A stretch of DNA of 64,000 nucleotides from a virus, in the IMG/VR virus record IMGVR_UViG_3300018432_000290, positions 4,010 through 68,009 of that record; one strand, given 5' to 3'. The translations under genes were made by a program, and so were the position numbers. Shown here one piece after another: positions 17,440 to 26,011 of this stretch. The notes beneath the pieces are model-generated. The model ran no database searches. It saw only the letters and a program-made list of their open reading frames with translations, and was not told the DNA's origin. Each line of letters starts with the position of its first letter. Position 1 is the stretch's first letter.

Positions 17440-17528
17440 GACCGGGTCTGTACCGTGACCTGCCAGAACATGGCCCAACCCCCCGACACTCCGGTGTCGA
17501 GGGGCTGGGCCGGGCGGGGCCGGGGGGC

Positions 17529-18815
17529 CTACTTCCCGGCCTTGGCCTTGGGCTTGGCGGGCAGGGCGTACCCCTGGTCCGAGGACCACACCGTCTGGCC
17601 GTCCTGGGCCACCAGGCGCTGCTCCGCGGGGGTCCCCACCTTCTCGGCCTTGGCCGCGCGCCCGGCGGCGCTGGTGATGGCCTTGGCCGCGGTGGCGAAC
17701 CGGCGGTAGTCGGTCCACTCGTCGGTGGACCCGGCGGCGCGGTACTGGAGCATGGGCCCGGCGTCCACCAGCTTCTGCTGGGTCTCCGACAGCGGGGTGG
17801 TGCGCACCCGCTCGGCGAACACCGCGGCCAGCCCGGTGGGCTCCCCCTCGGCGGGGGCCTTGGCCTTGGTGGCCTTGGTGGCCTTGGACCCCTTGGCCTT
17901 GGTGGCCTTGCGGTCCTGGGCCTCCTCCTCGAAGGACCGGGCGGGGGCCTCCCCGAGGACCAGCCACAGCTTGGTGGACTTGTCCACCTTGTCCAGCAGC
18001 CACCCACCGGCCCCCAGGACCCCCACCTGGTTGCCCACCCACTCCACGGTGCCCGTCCCGATGGGCGGGAACATGGCCGACTTGCCCCGGCCGTAGTACG
18101 TCACCGTCTGGCCGTGGACCAGCCCGTGCTGGCGGGCGGTCCCGCGCTGGGGCACCGGGCGCTCCTGGGGGCCCTTGGCCGGGCCGGGGTTGGTGGCCAC
18201 CGCCTCGGCCACCATGGCCTCCACCGGGTCGGCGTCGTCCTTGGCGGGCTGGCCCTCCGGGGCCGGGTACTCCCAGCCCTGGGCGTCGGCCAGCTCCTCG
18301 TCCGTGGCGTGGTCCCGCGCGTCGCGCTCCACGTCGTCGGCGTCGGCCATGCGGGCCTCGTCGTCCTGGGCGGTCTCCTCGTCCCCGTCGTCCTCGAAGG
18401 CGGGCACCAGCTCCCCGCTGTCCTCGAAGCGCTCCGCGTCCAGCTGGGCGGCGCCCTCGGCGTGGTGGGCGCACCGCTCCGGGCCCATGTCCCCGGCACA
18501 GTCGGTGTCGGCGTCGGCACACGCCGCGTGGGGGTCGGTGTCGTCGGCGGTGGCGGCGACCTTGGCGGCCTGGGTGGCGGTGAACCCCTCCGGCAGGCCC
18601 TGGGCCTCGTCGGTGGCGCGCTGGGCCTGCTCGGTCTCCCACTCGACGGCGGCGACCACGCGGGGGGTCCCGGGCAGCTTCTTGCCCGCGCGGCGGGCGT
18701 TGGCCGCGGTGGTGTAGCGGGTGACCTCCTGGCCCTCGTGGGACACCAGCACCCACGGGCGGGGGGTGCCCGGGGCGGCGTCGGTGGTGGGGGCGGGGGC
18801 GGTGGACTCGGTCAT
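17529..18815 (-). CDS. Large low-complexity acidic/basic protein
   Basis: Start re-called to MTESTAP after the start motif; acidic middle, KATKA repeats. Confidence 0.65.
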   Translation of the reverse strand: MTESTAPAPTTDAAPGTPRPWVLVSHEGQEVTRYTTAANARRAGKKLPGTPRVVAAVEWETEQAQRATDEAQGLPEGFTATQAAKVAATADDTDPHAACADADTDCAGDMGPERCAHHAEGAAQLDAERFEDSGELVPAFEDDGDEETAQDDEARMADADDVERDARDHATDEELADAQGWEYPAPEGQPAKDDADPVEAMVAEAVATNPGPAKGPQERPVPQRGTARQHGLVHGQTVTYYGRGKSAMFPPIGTGTVEWVGNQVGVLGAGGWLLDKVDKSTKLWLVLGEAPARSFEEEAQDRKATKAKGSKATKATKAKAPAEGEPTGLAAVFAERVRTTPLSETQQKLVDAGPMLQYRAAGSTDEWTDYRRFATAAKAITSAAGRAAKAEKVGTPAEQRLVAQDGQTVWSSDQGYALPAKPKAKAGK

Positions 18816-19243
18816 GGCGTGCTCCTCGGTGGTGTCGCGCGGCGCGGGTCTGGGGTCCGCGTCCATATGTGACACACTACGGTCCTGCACGGCCGAGACC
18901 ACCTGCACCGTGCGGCACGGCCGATCGTGACCGAGCCGTTGCGGGCGGCTACACGCGCCGGGGTTCCGGCGCCGGCGGCGGCGCCGGTGCCGACCGTCCC
19001 TTTCCCGCCGGGTGGTTCCACCGGCTCAGGTCCCGGGCCAGCTGCTCCACCACCTTGTCCGGGTCGCAGCGGCAGAACAGCCTGGGGGTCACGCACATCG
19101 TGCACACGTCGTCCATGGGGGGGTGCCTCCGGGGTCTGGGGAGACTGCTGGGGGGCCCACTGGTGGACCCCCGTTCCGGCCGAATGAGGGTACCCGCGCA
19201 GCGGGTGGACGAGCCGGCCGCCGCCCACGCCGGCGGCGGCCGG

Positions 19244-19585
19244 CTACGGCAAGGGGGACTCCGCGTCGGCGTGCCCGCGCGCCCAGCTCAAGGTGTGGGC
19301 CACCATCCCGGCCCAGGTGCTGTCCTCCCCGTCGTACCGCTGCTCGCGCTCGAGGTCGTTGGCGGCCTGGAGCTCGGCGTGAATGGCGTCCGGGCCGGGC
19401 GGGGCACCGGCCAGGCTGGCCTCCCCCGTCACGGGCCCGGTGGGGCGGGTCCCGTCCAGCCACTCCAGCGTGGCGGCCACGGGACGGCACCGCGCCCCCA
19501 TCACCTGGGACCACCCCTCCCGCTCGCGCGCGGCAGCGTGGAGTGCAGCGCGCTCGGTGGCGCTACGGCCCAGACCGGTGGTCAT
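19244..19585 (-). CDS. Hypothetical protein
   Basis: MTTGLGRS start with TACCGT 8 nt upstream, probably leaderless. Confidence 0.55.
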   Translation of the reverse strand: MTTGLGRSATERAALHAAAREREGWSQVMGARCRPVAATLEWLDGTRPTGPVTGEASLAGAPPGPDAIHAELQAANDLEREQRYDGEDSTWAGMVAHTLSWARGHADAESPLP

Positions 19586-19688
19586 GGGCGCGGACGGTAG
19601 CCCCACCCACGGACACCGCGGACACGACGAGGCCCCCCACCGCGCAGGTGGGGGGCCGATCGTCACCGGGCCGAGACCGGAGCGTGAC

Positions 19689-19895
19689 CTACTCGGCGCA
19701 GGCCCCGCACACGTAGCCGGGAGGGTGCTGGCACAGGTCGTCCGGGCCCGGGAGCGGCGCCGTGGCGGCGACCACCGCATCGGCGATCACCCCGCGGGCG
19801 TCGTTCTCGCACGCCGTCACCCCGGTGGCGCGCACGCGCTCCACGGCCTCGCGCAGCTCCGCGGTCAGGACCAGGGTCACCGTCTGGGCGTCCAT
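19689..19895 (-). CDS. Small protein with C-terminal Cys/His motif
   Basis: MDAQTVTL coupled to upstream stop; CQHPPGYVCGAC. Confidence 0.5.
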   Translation of the reverse strand: MDAQTVTLVLTAELREAVERVRATGVTACENDARGVIADAVVAATAPLPGPDDLCQHPPGYVCGACAE

Positions 19896-20242
19896 CAGGA
19901 CCCCCCCAGCCCGAGGCGGGACAGCACCTCGGCGTCGGCGCGCTTCACCCGGTCCGACCCGCGCGACGGGTTCATGGCCGACGGGGCCACCCGCACCTCC
20001 ACGTGGGAACACCGGCCGTGCTGGTCCGGGGCCACCGTGGCCCGGGCGCGCCACCCCTCGGCGCGCGCCTCGGCGGCGGCGGGGTCGGTGACGTCCTCGG
20101 CGTTGCCGTGCACCCGGCGCCACGGCAGCTGGTGGGTGCGGCCGGGCTGCTCGCACGGCAGCGCGGCGTCGTGGGCCCAGGTGCGCACCAGCGTGGTCAG
20201 CATCGGGCGGGGCAGGGCGGTGGGCAGGTTGGTCACGGTCAC
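19895..20242 (-). CDS. Hypothetical protein
   Basis: Start motif at 20249-20260. Confidence 0.55.
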   Translation of the reverse strand: MTVTNLPTALPRPMLTTLVRTWAHDAALPCEQPGRTHQLPWRRVHGNAEDVTDPAAAEARAEGWRARATVAPDQHGRCSHVEVRVAPSAMNPSRGSDRVKRADAEVLSRLGLGGS

Positions 20243-20302
20243 GGTGGGCTCCTCGGTGGTGGAGTGGGAGGGGGGGCCGGTGTCCCGGCCCCCCCGGGGT
20301 TC

Positions 20303-20608
20303 CTACAGCTCGGCGTCGGTCAGGGCGTCCACGTCGGTGTCCGTGTCCTGGCCGGTCCCGTCGTAGATGTGGTCGTGGGCCATGCGCAGCGTGCCGGGGC
20401 GGTAGGTGTGCACCTGGTCGGCGTCCACCAGCGCCACCGGCAGCGCGGGGTTGTCGGCGGCGGTCAGGGTCGCGAGCATCTGGGCCACGTCGCGGTTCCC
20501 GGTCGAGCTGCTGTCCGCGCGGTACCAGGTGCGTCCCCGCGGGCTGGTCTTCACGGCGGTGGCAAAGCGCGTGGTGGCGGCGGTGGTGCGGTCCTCGGTG
20601 GTGGTCAT
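20303..20608 (-). CDS. Hypothetical protein behind promoter cassette
   Basis: MTTTEDR start 7 nt from GTGTGTCACAC; hairpin after the stop. Confidence 0.65.
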   Translation of the reverse strand: MTTTEDRTTAATTRFATAVKTSPRGRTWYRADSSSTGNRDVAQMLATLTAADNPALPVALVDADQVHTYRPGTLRMAHDHIYDGTGQDTDTDVDALTDAEL

Positions 20609-20660
20609 ACCACTAGTGTGACACACTTCCGCATGCCGCCGCACCGCCTGTGAGCTGCGG
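20606..20660 (-). promoter_or_regulatory. Repeated promoter/operator cassette, copy A
   Basis: GCAGCTCA..GGAAGTGTGTCACACTAGTGGT-ATG. Confidence 0.75.
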
Positions 20661-20720
20661 ATATGCCCCGGATCGGCCCCCCGGCACTGGGGCCGGGGGG
20701 CGGGTCCGCGGGGCGGGGGG

Positions 20721-21074
20721 TCAGGCCTCGCGGGCCCCGTCCAGCACCTCGCGCATCCCGCGCTGGAACCGGGTCAGGCGCTCCCGGTCGTCGGCCGGGG
20801 TGGCGGCCACGGCGGCGTCCGTGGGGCAGGTCATGACGAACCCGTCGGCCCCTTCCTGGAACCCCTCGGACAGGCCCGCGCGGGTCTCGCGGTAGGCCTC
20901 GTCGGCCTCCTCCTCGTCGCCGAAGGTGTCCCACACGTCCACGTACTGCTGGCGGTCGGCGTCGAACCACACGGCGGCCATGAACCACCCGGCGGGGGCG
21001 GCGAGCGCGGCGAGGACGGAGGGGGCCAGCACGGGGGCGTCGGTGGTGGCGGTGGCGGTCTCGGTGGTGGTCAT
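20721..21074 (-). CDS. Hypothetical acidic protein behind promoter cassette
   Basis: MTTTETA start 7 nt from GTGTGTCACAC. Confidence 0.65.
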   Translation of the reverse strand: MTTTETATATTDAPVLAPSVLAALAAPAGWFMAAVWFDADRQQYVDVWDTFGDEEEADEAYRETRAGLSEGFQEGADGFVMTCPTDAAVAATPADDRERLTRFQRGMREVLDGAREA

Positions 21075-21125
21075 ACCACCAGTGTGACACACTTCCGCAC
21101 GTCGCCGCAGGGCCATGAGCTGCAG
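21072..21125 (-). promoter_or_regulatory. Repeated promoter/operator cassette, copy B
   Basis: GCAGCTCA..GGAAGTGTGTCACACTGGTGGT-ATG. Confidence 0.75.
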
Positions 21126-21233
21126 ATACGACGGACCTCCCCCCGGCGCGGTGGCCGGGAGGAGGTCTTGAGTCCGTGGTCCCCTGGGGGCGCTGGCCCC
21201 GGCCCAGTAGCTGTGGGCCGGGTCCAGCGTTGG

Positions 21234-21764
21234 TCATTCCCCGGCGGCGGTCAGGGCTCGGCGCTGCTCCACCCCGATGATGGTCAGGGTGTCCTCCCGG
21301 CTGAGCAGTCCCGCGTTGGACGCGCTGTCCTGCCGGATGATGGAGGCCACCACCCGGCCCCTGCCGGCGTTCACCGTCCACTGCTCGTAGCCGCGCAGCA
21401 TGTCCTGCGCGAACTCGTCGTCGGGGGTGACGAACAAGATGCCGGCCTGCCGCTTCCCGTTGCCCACAGGCAAGGACTTGCCCACGTCCCCCGGGCCCAG
21501 CGTGCGGGTCCCTTCGGCCTCCTGGTCGCTCAGCGTGTAGTACGCGTCGGACACCGGGACCACCGTGTGTCCGAGGGCGCGCAGCACCTCGCTGACCTCC
21601 TTGAGGTGGGACTGCACCGTCGGCAGCAGCGCCACGGGGGCCCCTCCCGGCTGGGTGGACCATGCGTCCAGAATGTCCACCGACGTGGGGGCCACCACGT
21701 CCAGTTCCAGCAGCAGCACCGCTGCTGCGGCCAGCTCCTCGTAGAACTCTCGGTTGCTCTTCAC
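21234..21764 (-). CDS. Hypothetical protein
   Basis: AAGGAG RBS and GTGA coupling to upstream gene. Confidence 0.7.
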   Translation of the reverse strand: MKSNREFYEELAAAAVLLLELDVVAPTSVDILDAWSTQPGGAPVALLPTVQSHLKEVSEVLRALGHTVVPVSDAYYTLSDQEAEGTRTLGPGDVGKSLPVGNGKRQAGILFVTPDDEFAQDMLRGYEQWTVNAGRGRVVASIIRQDSASNAGLLSREDTLTIIGVEQRRALTAAGE

Positions 21765-22663
21765 GAAACGATCTCCTTCTCGTCGAACTCGACGTCCAGG
21801 ACGTCAAGGTTGGGTCCGCGGCCGGGGGCCTCGGGCTGGTCGTGGTTGAGGCGTCCGCGGAAGGCCTCGGCGCGCGCGGTGAGCGCGGCCAGCTCCCGCG
21901 CCAGGTGCTGGGCGGACCGGGGCGAGATGTGGTCCCGGAACTTGAGCAGCTCGTCCAGCGACGTGGCCAGCTGGTGGTACTCGCTGTCCAGCAGCCGGTG
22001 GACCGCGCGGGCCATGCGATCCGCGTACACGTCGATGTGGACCGGTTCCATGTCCCGGCGCGCGGCGTCGCGGCGGCGCGCGGCCTCGGCGGCGTTGTGA
22101 GCACTGAGGATGCGGTCGTTGCGCTGGCTCTCCTCGCTCACCGCGGCGCGCGCAGCTCGATACGCCGCCGGATCGGACTGGATGGCCTTGGTGACGGCCT
22201 CCGAGGTGACCGGGTGGCTCTCCTCGTAGGCGCGCGCGACGTCCGGGTCGGCCAAGATGTTCTCGATCACCTGGACCTTGCGCTCCGGGGCGTCGTCCCG
22301 CCGGGCCCGCAGGGGGTTGTCGGCCACCTGGGTCGTGCCGGGCCACGGCAGGTCCGGCAGGACGACGTCCTGGCCGGGCTCGGTCGGGGTGGCGTGCCCC
22401 TCGTCCACCGCGCGCTGCCACGTGTGGCGGTAGCGGGCCACGCTGTCCCGCTTGGCCAGCCCGGAGAACCCCAGCCGAGCGAACTCGTCCACGGCGACCG
22501 GGAACTTCCCCCCATTTTGGGTGAGGTCGGTGCGCTCACCCTGCGCGTCGCGGGTGAACGCGTACACGATGGCCGCGCGCTCCCAGCGCTTGGCCGTGAG
22601 CAGCTTGTCCAGGCCGCCCAAGCGGCCGGACAGCTCCTCGGCTGTCGGAATAGTGATCTTCAT
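21761..22663 (-). CDS. Hypothetical helical protein
   Basis: Start re-called to MKITIPTAEEL after the CCACCAAGGAG motif variant. Confidence 0.7.
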   Translation of the reverse strand: MKITIPTAEELSGRLGGLDKLLTAKRWERAAIVYAFTRDAQGERTDLTQNGGKFPVAVDEFARLGFSGLAKRDSVARYRHTWQRAVDEGHATPTEPGQDVVLPDLPWPGTTQVADNPLRARRDDAPERKVQVIENILADPDVARAYEESHPVTSEAVTKAIQSDPAAYRAARAAVSEESQRNDRILSAHNAAEAARRRDAARRDMEPVHIDVYADRMARAVHRLLDSEYHQLATSLDELLKFRDHISPRSAQHLARELAALTARAEAFRGRLNHDQPEAPGRGPNLDVLDVEFDEKEIVS

Positions 22664-22728
22664 GGTGTCCTCTCCTTGGTGGCCCGGGGTCGGTTGACCC
22701 CGGGCCGGTTCCTGGCCCCCGGCGGGGG

Positions 22729-23467
22729 TCAGCAGCGGGTGAAGCGGCCCAGCGTGTTGCGGCACCGGTGGCTGTCGTCGTCGTCCCCGCCGCCGTCCGG
22801 CACCACGTACACGTCCGTGTCCGGGGTGGTGGTCGTGGGGGTCGGACCGTCGCAGTCGCGGCCGTTGGCGTCCATGGCCCGCAGGTCGCTCACGTAGGCG
22901 GGCGAGGCGTCGTTGTCCCCCGCGTACACGGCGGTGTGGGTGCCGCGCACCATGGCGGACCCGAAGTCGTGGCCGTCCAGCTGCACGTACCGCAGCTCCC
23001 GCCCGTAGCGGTCGGTGTCCACACCCGGCTCCGCGGTCAGGGTGACCGGCTGGTTGTACGGGTTGGCCAGCGCGGACTGGGCGGACCCGGTGGCCAGCCG
23101 ACCCCCGTAGGTGTTGGCCTCGCAGGAGTCGATCCCCAGCACGCGGATGGTGCGCCCGCCCTCCACCTCGAAGGTGTCCCCGTCGATCACCCGCGTCACC
23201 GTCACCGCGTCCACCGGGGCGGGCGCGGGGGTGCTGGGAGTGGTGCTGGGAGTGGGGGCGGGGGTCGTGCTGGTGGTGCTGGGGGCGGTCTGGGCGGCGG
23301 TCTTGTCGGCCGGGACGCTGGCCTCCGCGGCGGGCGCGGGCGGGGCGGGGTCGCCGGAGTTGCCCAGCGCCACCAGCAGCAGGAACACCCCCAGCACCAC
23401 CCACGGCCACCGGCGGCGGCGTCGGAGCTGGGGCGGGGGGGGGCGGGGGCGGCTGGGGGTAGTACAT
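22729..23467 (-). pseudogene. Membrane-anchored thermonuclease (SNase family), frameshifted in a C9 tract
   Basis: VTRVIDGDTF, IRVLGIDSCE and DRYGRELRYV motifs; the ATG at 23467 with start motif is out of frame unless the run at 23435-23443 is 8 nt. Confidence 0.7.
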
Positions 23468-23513
23468 GGCGGGTCTCCTCGGTGGTGGAGTGGGTGGAGC
23501 AGGGCCGTGCAGG

Positions 23514-23756
23514 TCAGTAGGCCTCGGTGGGGCAGTTGGCGGCGTGGACCTCGTGCAGCGGGGCGGTGCAGTAGCCACACAGGCCCCGGGCCTGGAGGGT
23601 GGCGCGCACGTTGGCCAGGTCGGCGTCCGCGCCCGGCTCGTGGAACAGCGCGTCCACCTCCAGCTCCTCGGCGAGGTCGCGCAGCTCGGCGGTGCTGTAC
23701 GTGGCGTACGCGGCGGCCTGGGCCGGCGTGGGGGCGGGGGTCTCGGTGGCGGTCAT
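23514..23756 (-). CDS. Small protein with C-terminal CxxC/H/C motif
   Basis: MTATETP start 7 nt from GTGTGTCACAC. Confidence 0.65.
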   Translation of the reverse strand: MTATETPAPTPAQAAAYATYSTAELRDLAEELEVDALFHEPGADADLANVRATLQARGLCGYCTAPLHEVHAANCPTEAY

Positions 23757-23806
23757 ACCACCAGTGTGACACACTTCCCGCCGCGCCGAGGGGCCTGTGA
23801 CCTGCG
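23754..23806 (-). promoter_or_regulatory. Repeated promoter/operator cassette, copy C
   Basis: GCAGGTCA..GGAAGTGTGTCACACTGGTGGT-ATG. Confidence 0.75.
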
Positions 23807-24070
23807 AGGATGCCTTTCCGCCGCGCCAGAGTGCCAGCCTGGGACGGGGTCCCCTGGGGCCGCTGGTGCTGGGCCGGTGCCGCGCGGGGTCCCGGCTCGG
23901 TACGGGTCCAGAGGTGACCGGCTCCCGGGGACCTCTACCCCACCCACCAGCACCCCGCCAGGGACCGCTGCGCTCGCCTGCGGCGCCCTGGCGGGGCGCC
24001 GGCGCGCGGGGTCGGGACGAGGTCATCGCCGGGCACCCCAGGCCCCGGCCCACCACCGAGGGACCCCACC

Positions 24071-24454
24071 ATGAGCGACACCATCCTCCCCGCCACCGAC
24101 GAGCTCCCCGACCCCGCGCGACTGTCCAGGCTGGGCAAGCTGGCCAAGGCCGCCAGCGCCACCGGGGGACCGGAGTTCGGCACCCCGGAGTGGTTCGCCC
24201 TGTTCCTGGAGCCCGTCACCCCCCAGGCGCGCGCCCAGCGCGAGGCCGCCCTCATCCGCGCCGCGTTCTGCTGGGTGGCCGCGGAGCTCGGGCTGGGTGC
24301 CCCGGCCAGCCGTGAGCGCCTGGACGCCCTGGTGCGCGAGGAGTCCGCCCGCGCGGTGGTCCAGGACGTCGCGGGCCCCATGTCCGCCCTGCACGGCGAC
24401 CGTCGCGCCTGGGCCCGGGCCTCGGCGGCCTACGTGGCCCGCGAGAGGGCCTGA
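24071..24454 (+). CDS. Hypothetical protein
   Basis: Plus-strand motif variant ACCACCGAGGGA at 24052-24063; followed by a hairpin. Confidence 0.65.
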   Translation: MSDTILPATDELPDPARLSRLGKLAKAASATGGPEFGTPEWFALFLEPVTPQARAQREAALIRAAFCWVAAELGLGAPASRERLDALVREESARAVVQDVAGPMSALHGDRRAWARASAAYVARERA

Positions 24455-24462
24455 ACGCGACG

Positions 24463-24499
24463 CCGGCCCGCCACCCTGGGACACAGGGTGGCGGGCCGG
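24463..24499. terminator. Hairpin between convergent genes
   Basis: 16-bp perfect stem CCGGCCCGCCACCCTG / CAGGGTGGCGGGCCGG, 5-nt loop. Confidence 0.75.
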
Positions 24500-24570
24500 G
24501 GTCACCCGGGGAGCACGTGCAGGGTCTGGGCCAGGTGCGGCCGGGACCTCCTGGAGGAGCGGGGGGCGGG

Positions 24571-25104
24571 CTAGCGCCCCACCCCGTCCTGGAACTCCGG
24601 GGACACCTGGTCCGCCGTGCCGGCGCCGGGCAGCGTGTTGTCCGCGTGCGCGCCGTCCCCGCCCACCACGTCCGGGGCCGAGGCCTCCGCGTCGGTGCCG
24701 GCCTGATCCGCGGCCCCGGTCCCGGGGCTGGTGTCGGACGTGGTGCCGCCCGGGTCCACCTCGGGGGGCAGGGGCTCCAGCGCCGGCACGCTGCCGTCCA
24801 CACTGCCGGGGTCCGGGGTGTCCGGGTTGGTGACCGGGGGGGCCTCCACCGGACCGGTGGGTACGGCCGGGTCGTTGACGGGCTCGGCCACCACCGAGGC
24901 CAGCGCGTCCGCGCTGGCGTCCACGCTGGCCGTGATGGCCGCCAGCTGGGCGCGGGTGGCGTCGTCCAGGCCGCCGGCGTTGGCCAGCTGCTCGGTGAGC
25001 AGCGCGATCTTGCCACGCAGGTCCGGCACGATGGTGGCGATCTGGGCCACGTAGCCACCCGTGCGGGTGGCGGCCTGCTGGAGCTGCTCGAGGTCGAGTG
25101 CCAT
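24571..25104 (-). CDS. Coiled-coil plus acidic Pro-rich protein
   Basis: MALDLEQLQQ start (could extend to 25230). Confidence 0.55.
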   Translation of the reverse strand: MALDLEQLQQAATRTGGYVAQIATIVPDLRGKIALLTEQLANAGGLDDATRAQLAAITASVDASADALASVVAEPVNDPAVPTGPVEAPPVTNPDTPDPGSVDGSVPALEPLPPEVDPGGTTSDTSPGTGAADQAGTDAEASAPDVVGGDGAHADNTLPGAGTADQVSPEFQDGVGR

Positions 25105-25319
25105 GCGGGTGCTCACTTCCTGGATTCGGTCGGTGAGCGGGGCCAGCAGCCAGCTGCGCGCGGCGCGGGCGCAAGCCTGCGCCGCCTCGCGCGCCAGCAG
25201 TCGAGCCAGCGGTCCACTCGGGGTGTTCACGCGCGCAGCGTCCCACCGGTGCCGCTCGAGGTCCCACGTGCCACGCCCACAGCCTTGTACCGTGATCGCC
25301 GCCCACGGAGGGGATCACG

Positions 25320-25724
25320 CTGTCCCGGTTCATCCCGCCCCTGACGGCCAGCCAGGCCCGGGTGCTGCTGTACCTGACCACCGACCTGACGGTGCGGGAG
25401 ATCGCCGCGCTGCTGCACGTCTCCACCAACACCATCCGCACCCACCAGCAGGCCATCTATCGCAAGCTGGGGGTGGGGGGACGGCGGGAGGCGGTGCGGG
25501 CCATGGCGGCGGGTGGCCACGGGGAAATCAACCGTTGGCTGGGGCGCACCTGGGAGGTGCGGGCCACCGGGGACCGGGTGTCGCTGATCCTGGACGGGGG
25601 GTCCCCCGTGATGACGGTGGGCGCCGCGCGCCAGCTGGCGCGCGCCCTGCTGGACGCTGCCACCCGCGCGTCCTGTGACACCACCCCGCGGCCGGGGTCC
25701 CCCCAGCCCCCCGTGCAGTCCTAG
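25320..25724 (+). CDS. LuxR/GerE-type HTH regulator
   Basis: LTASQARVLLYL..TVREIAALLHVSTNTIRTHQQAIYRKLGV; start uncertain (CTG 25320 after GGAGG, or GTG 25362). Confidence 0.8.
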   Translation: MSRFIPPLTASQARVLLYLTTDLTVREIAALLHVSTNTIRTHQQAIYRKLGVGGRREAVRAMAAGGHGEINRWLGRTWEVRATGDRVSLILDGGSPVMTVGAARQLARALLDAATRASCDTTPRPGSPQPPVQS

Positions 25725-25970
25725 TGCCGACAGACCTATGTCTGTCCTAGGTCTGTCCTAGGTGGCTCCTAGTCCCCCATCCCTCAGCACCCCCCAGGAA
25801 TCTCGGGCACGTCACCCGTCCGGGGGACCCCGGGTGCACGTGCATCCGGGGCCGGCGAAGGCCCAGGGCGGTAGGGCCAGTGATCCACGGGCCAGTGCGG
25901 AAGGGAAGGCGGCAGGCCAGGTACACAGTTGCAACCGACCGTTGACCCGGGTACGGACCCCGCTACAGTG
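25718..25970. promoter_or_regulatory. Candidate oriT and relaxase promoter
   Basis: Hairpin GACAGAC-CTAT-GTCTGTC (25729-25746), tandem TCTGTCCTAGG x2, GGGCCAGTG x2, TTGACC-16-TACAGT (25942-25969); directly upstream of the relaxase operon. Confidence 0.5.
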
Positions 25971-26011
25971 CTCAAGGCCAGGAGTCCCCCAGCTCCCGCG
26001 GAGTCGCCGCT

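Noticed and set aside
20606-23806. CRISPR-like array from the repeated GTGTGACACAC units
   Set aside because: Copies are hundreds to thousands of bases apart and each precedes a start codon; no cas genes
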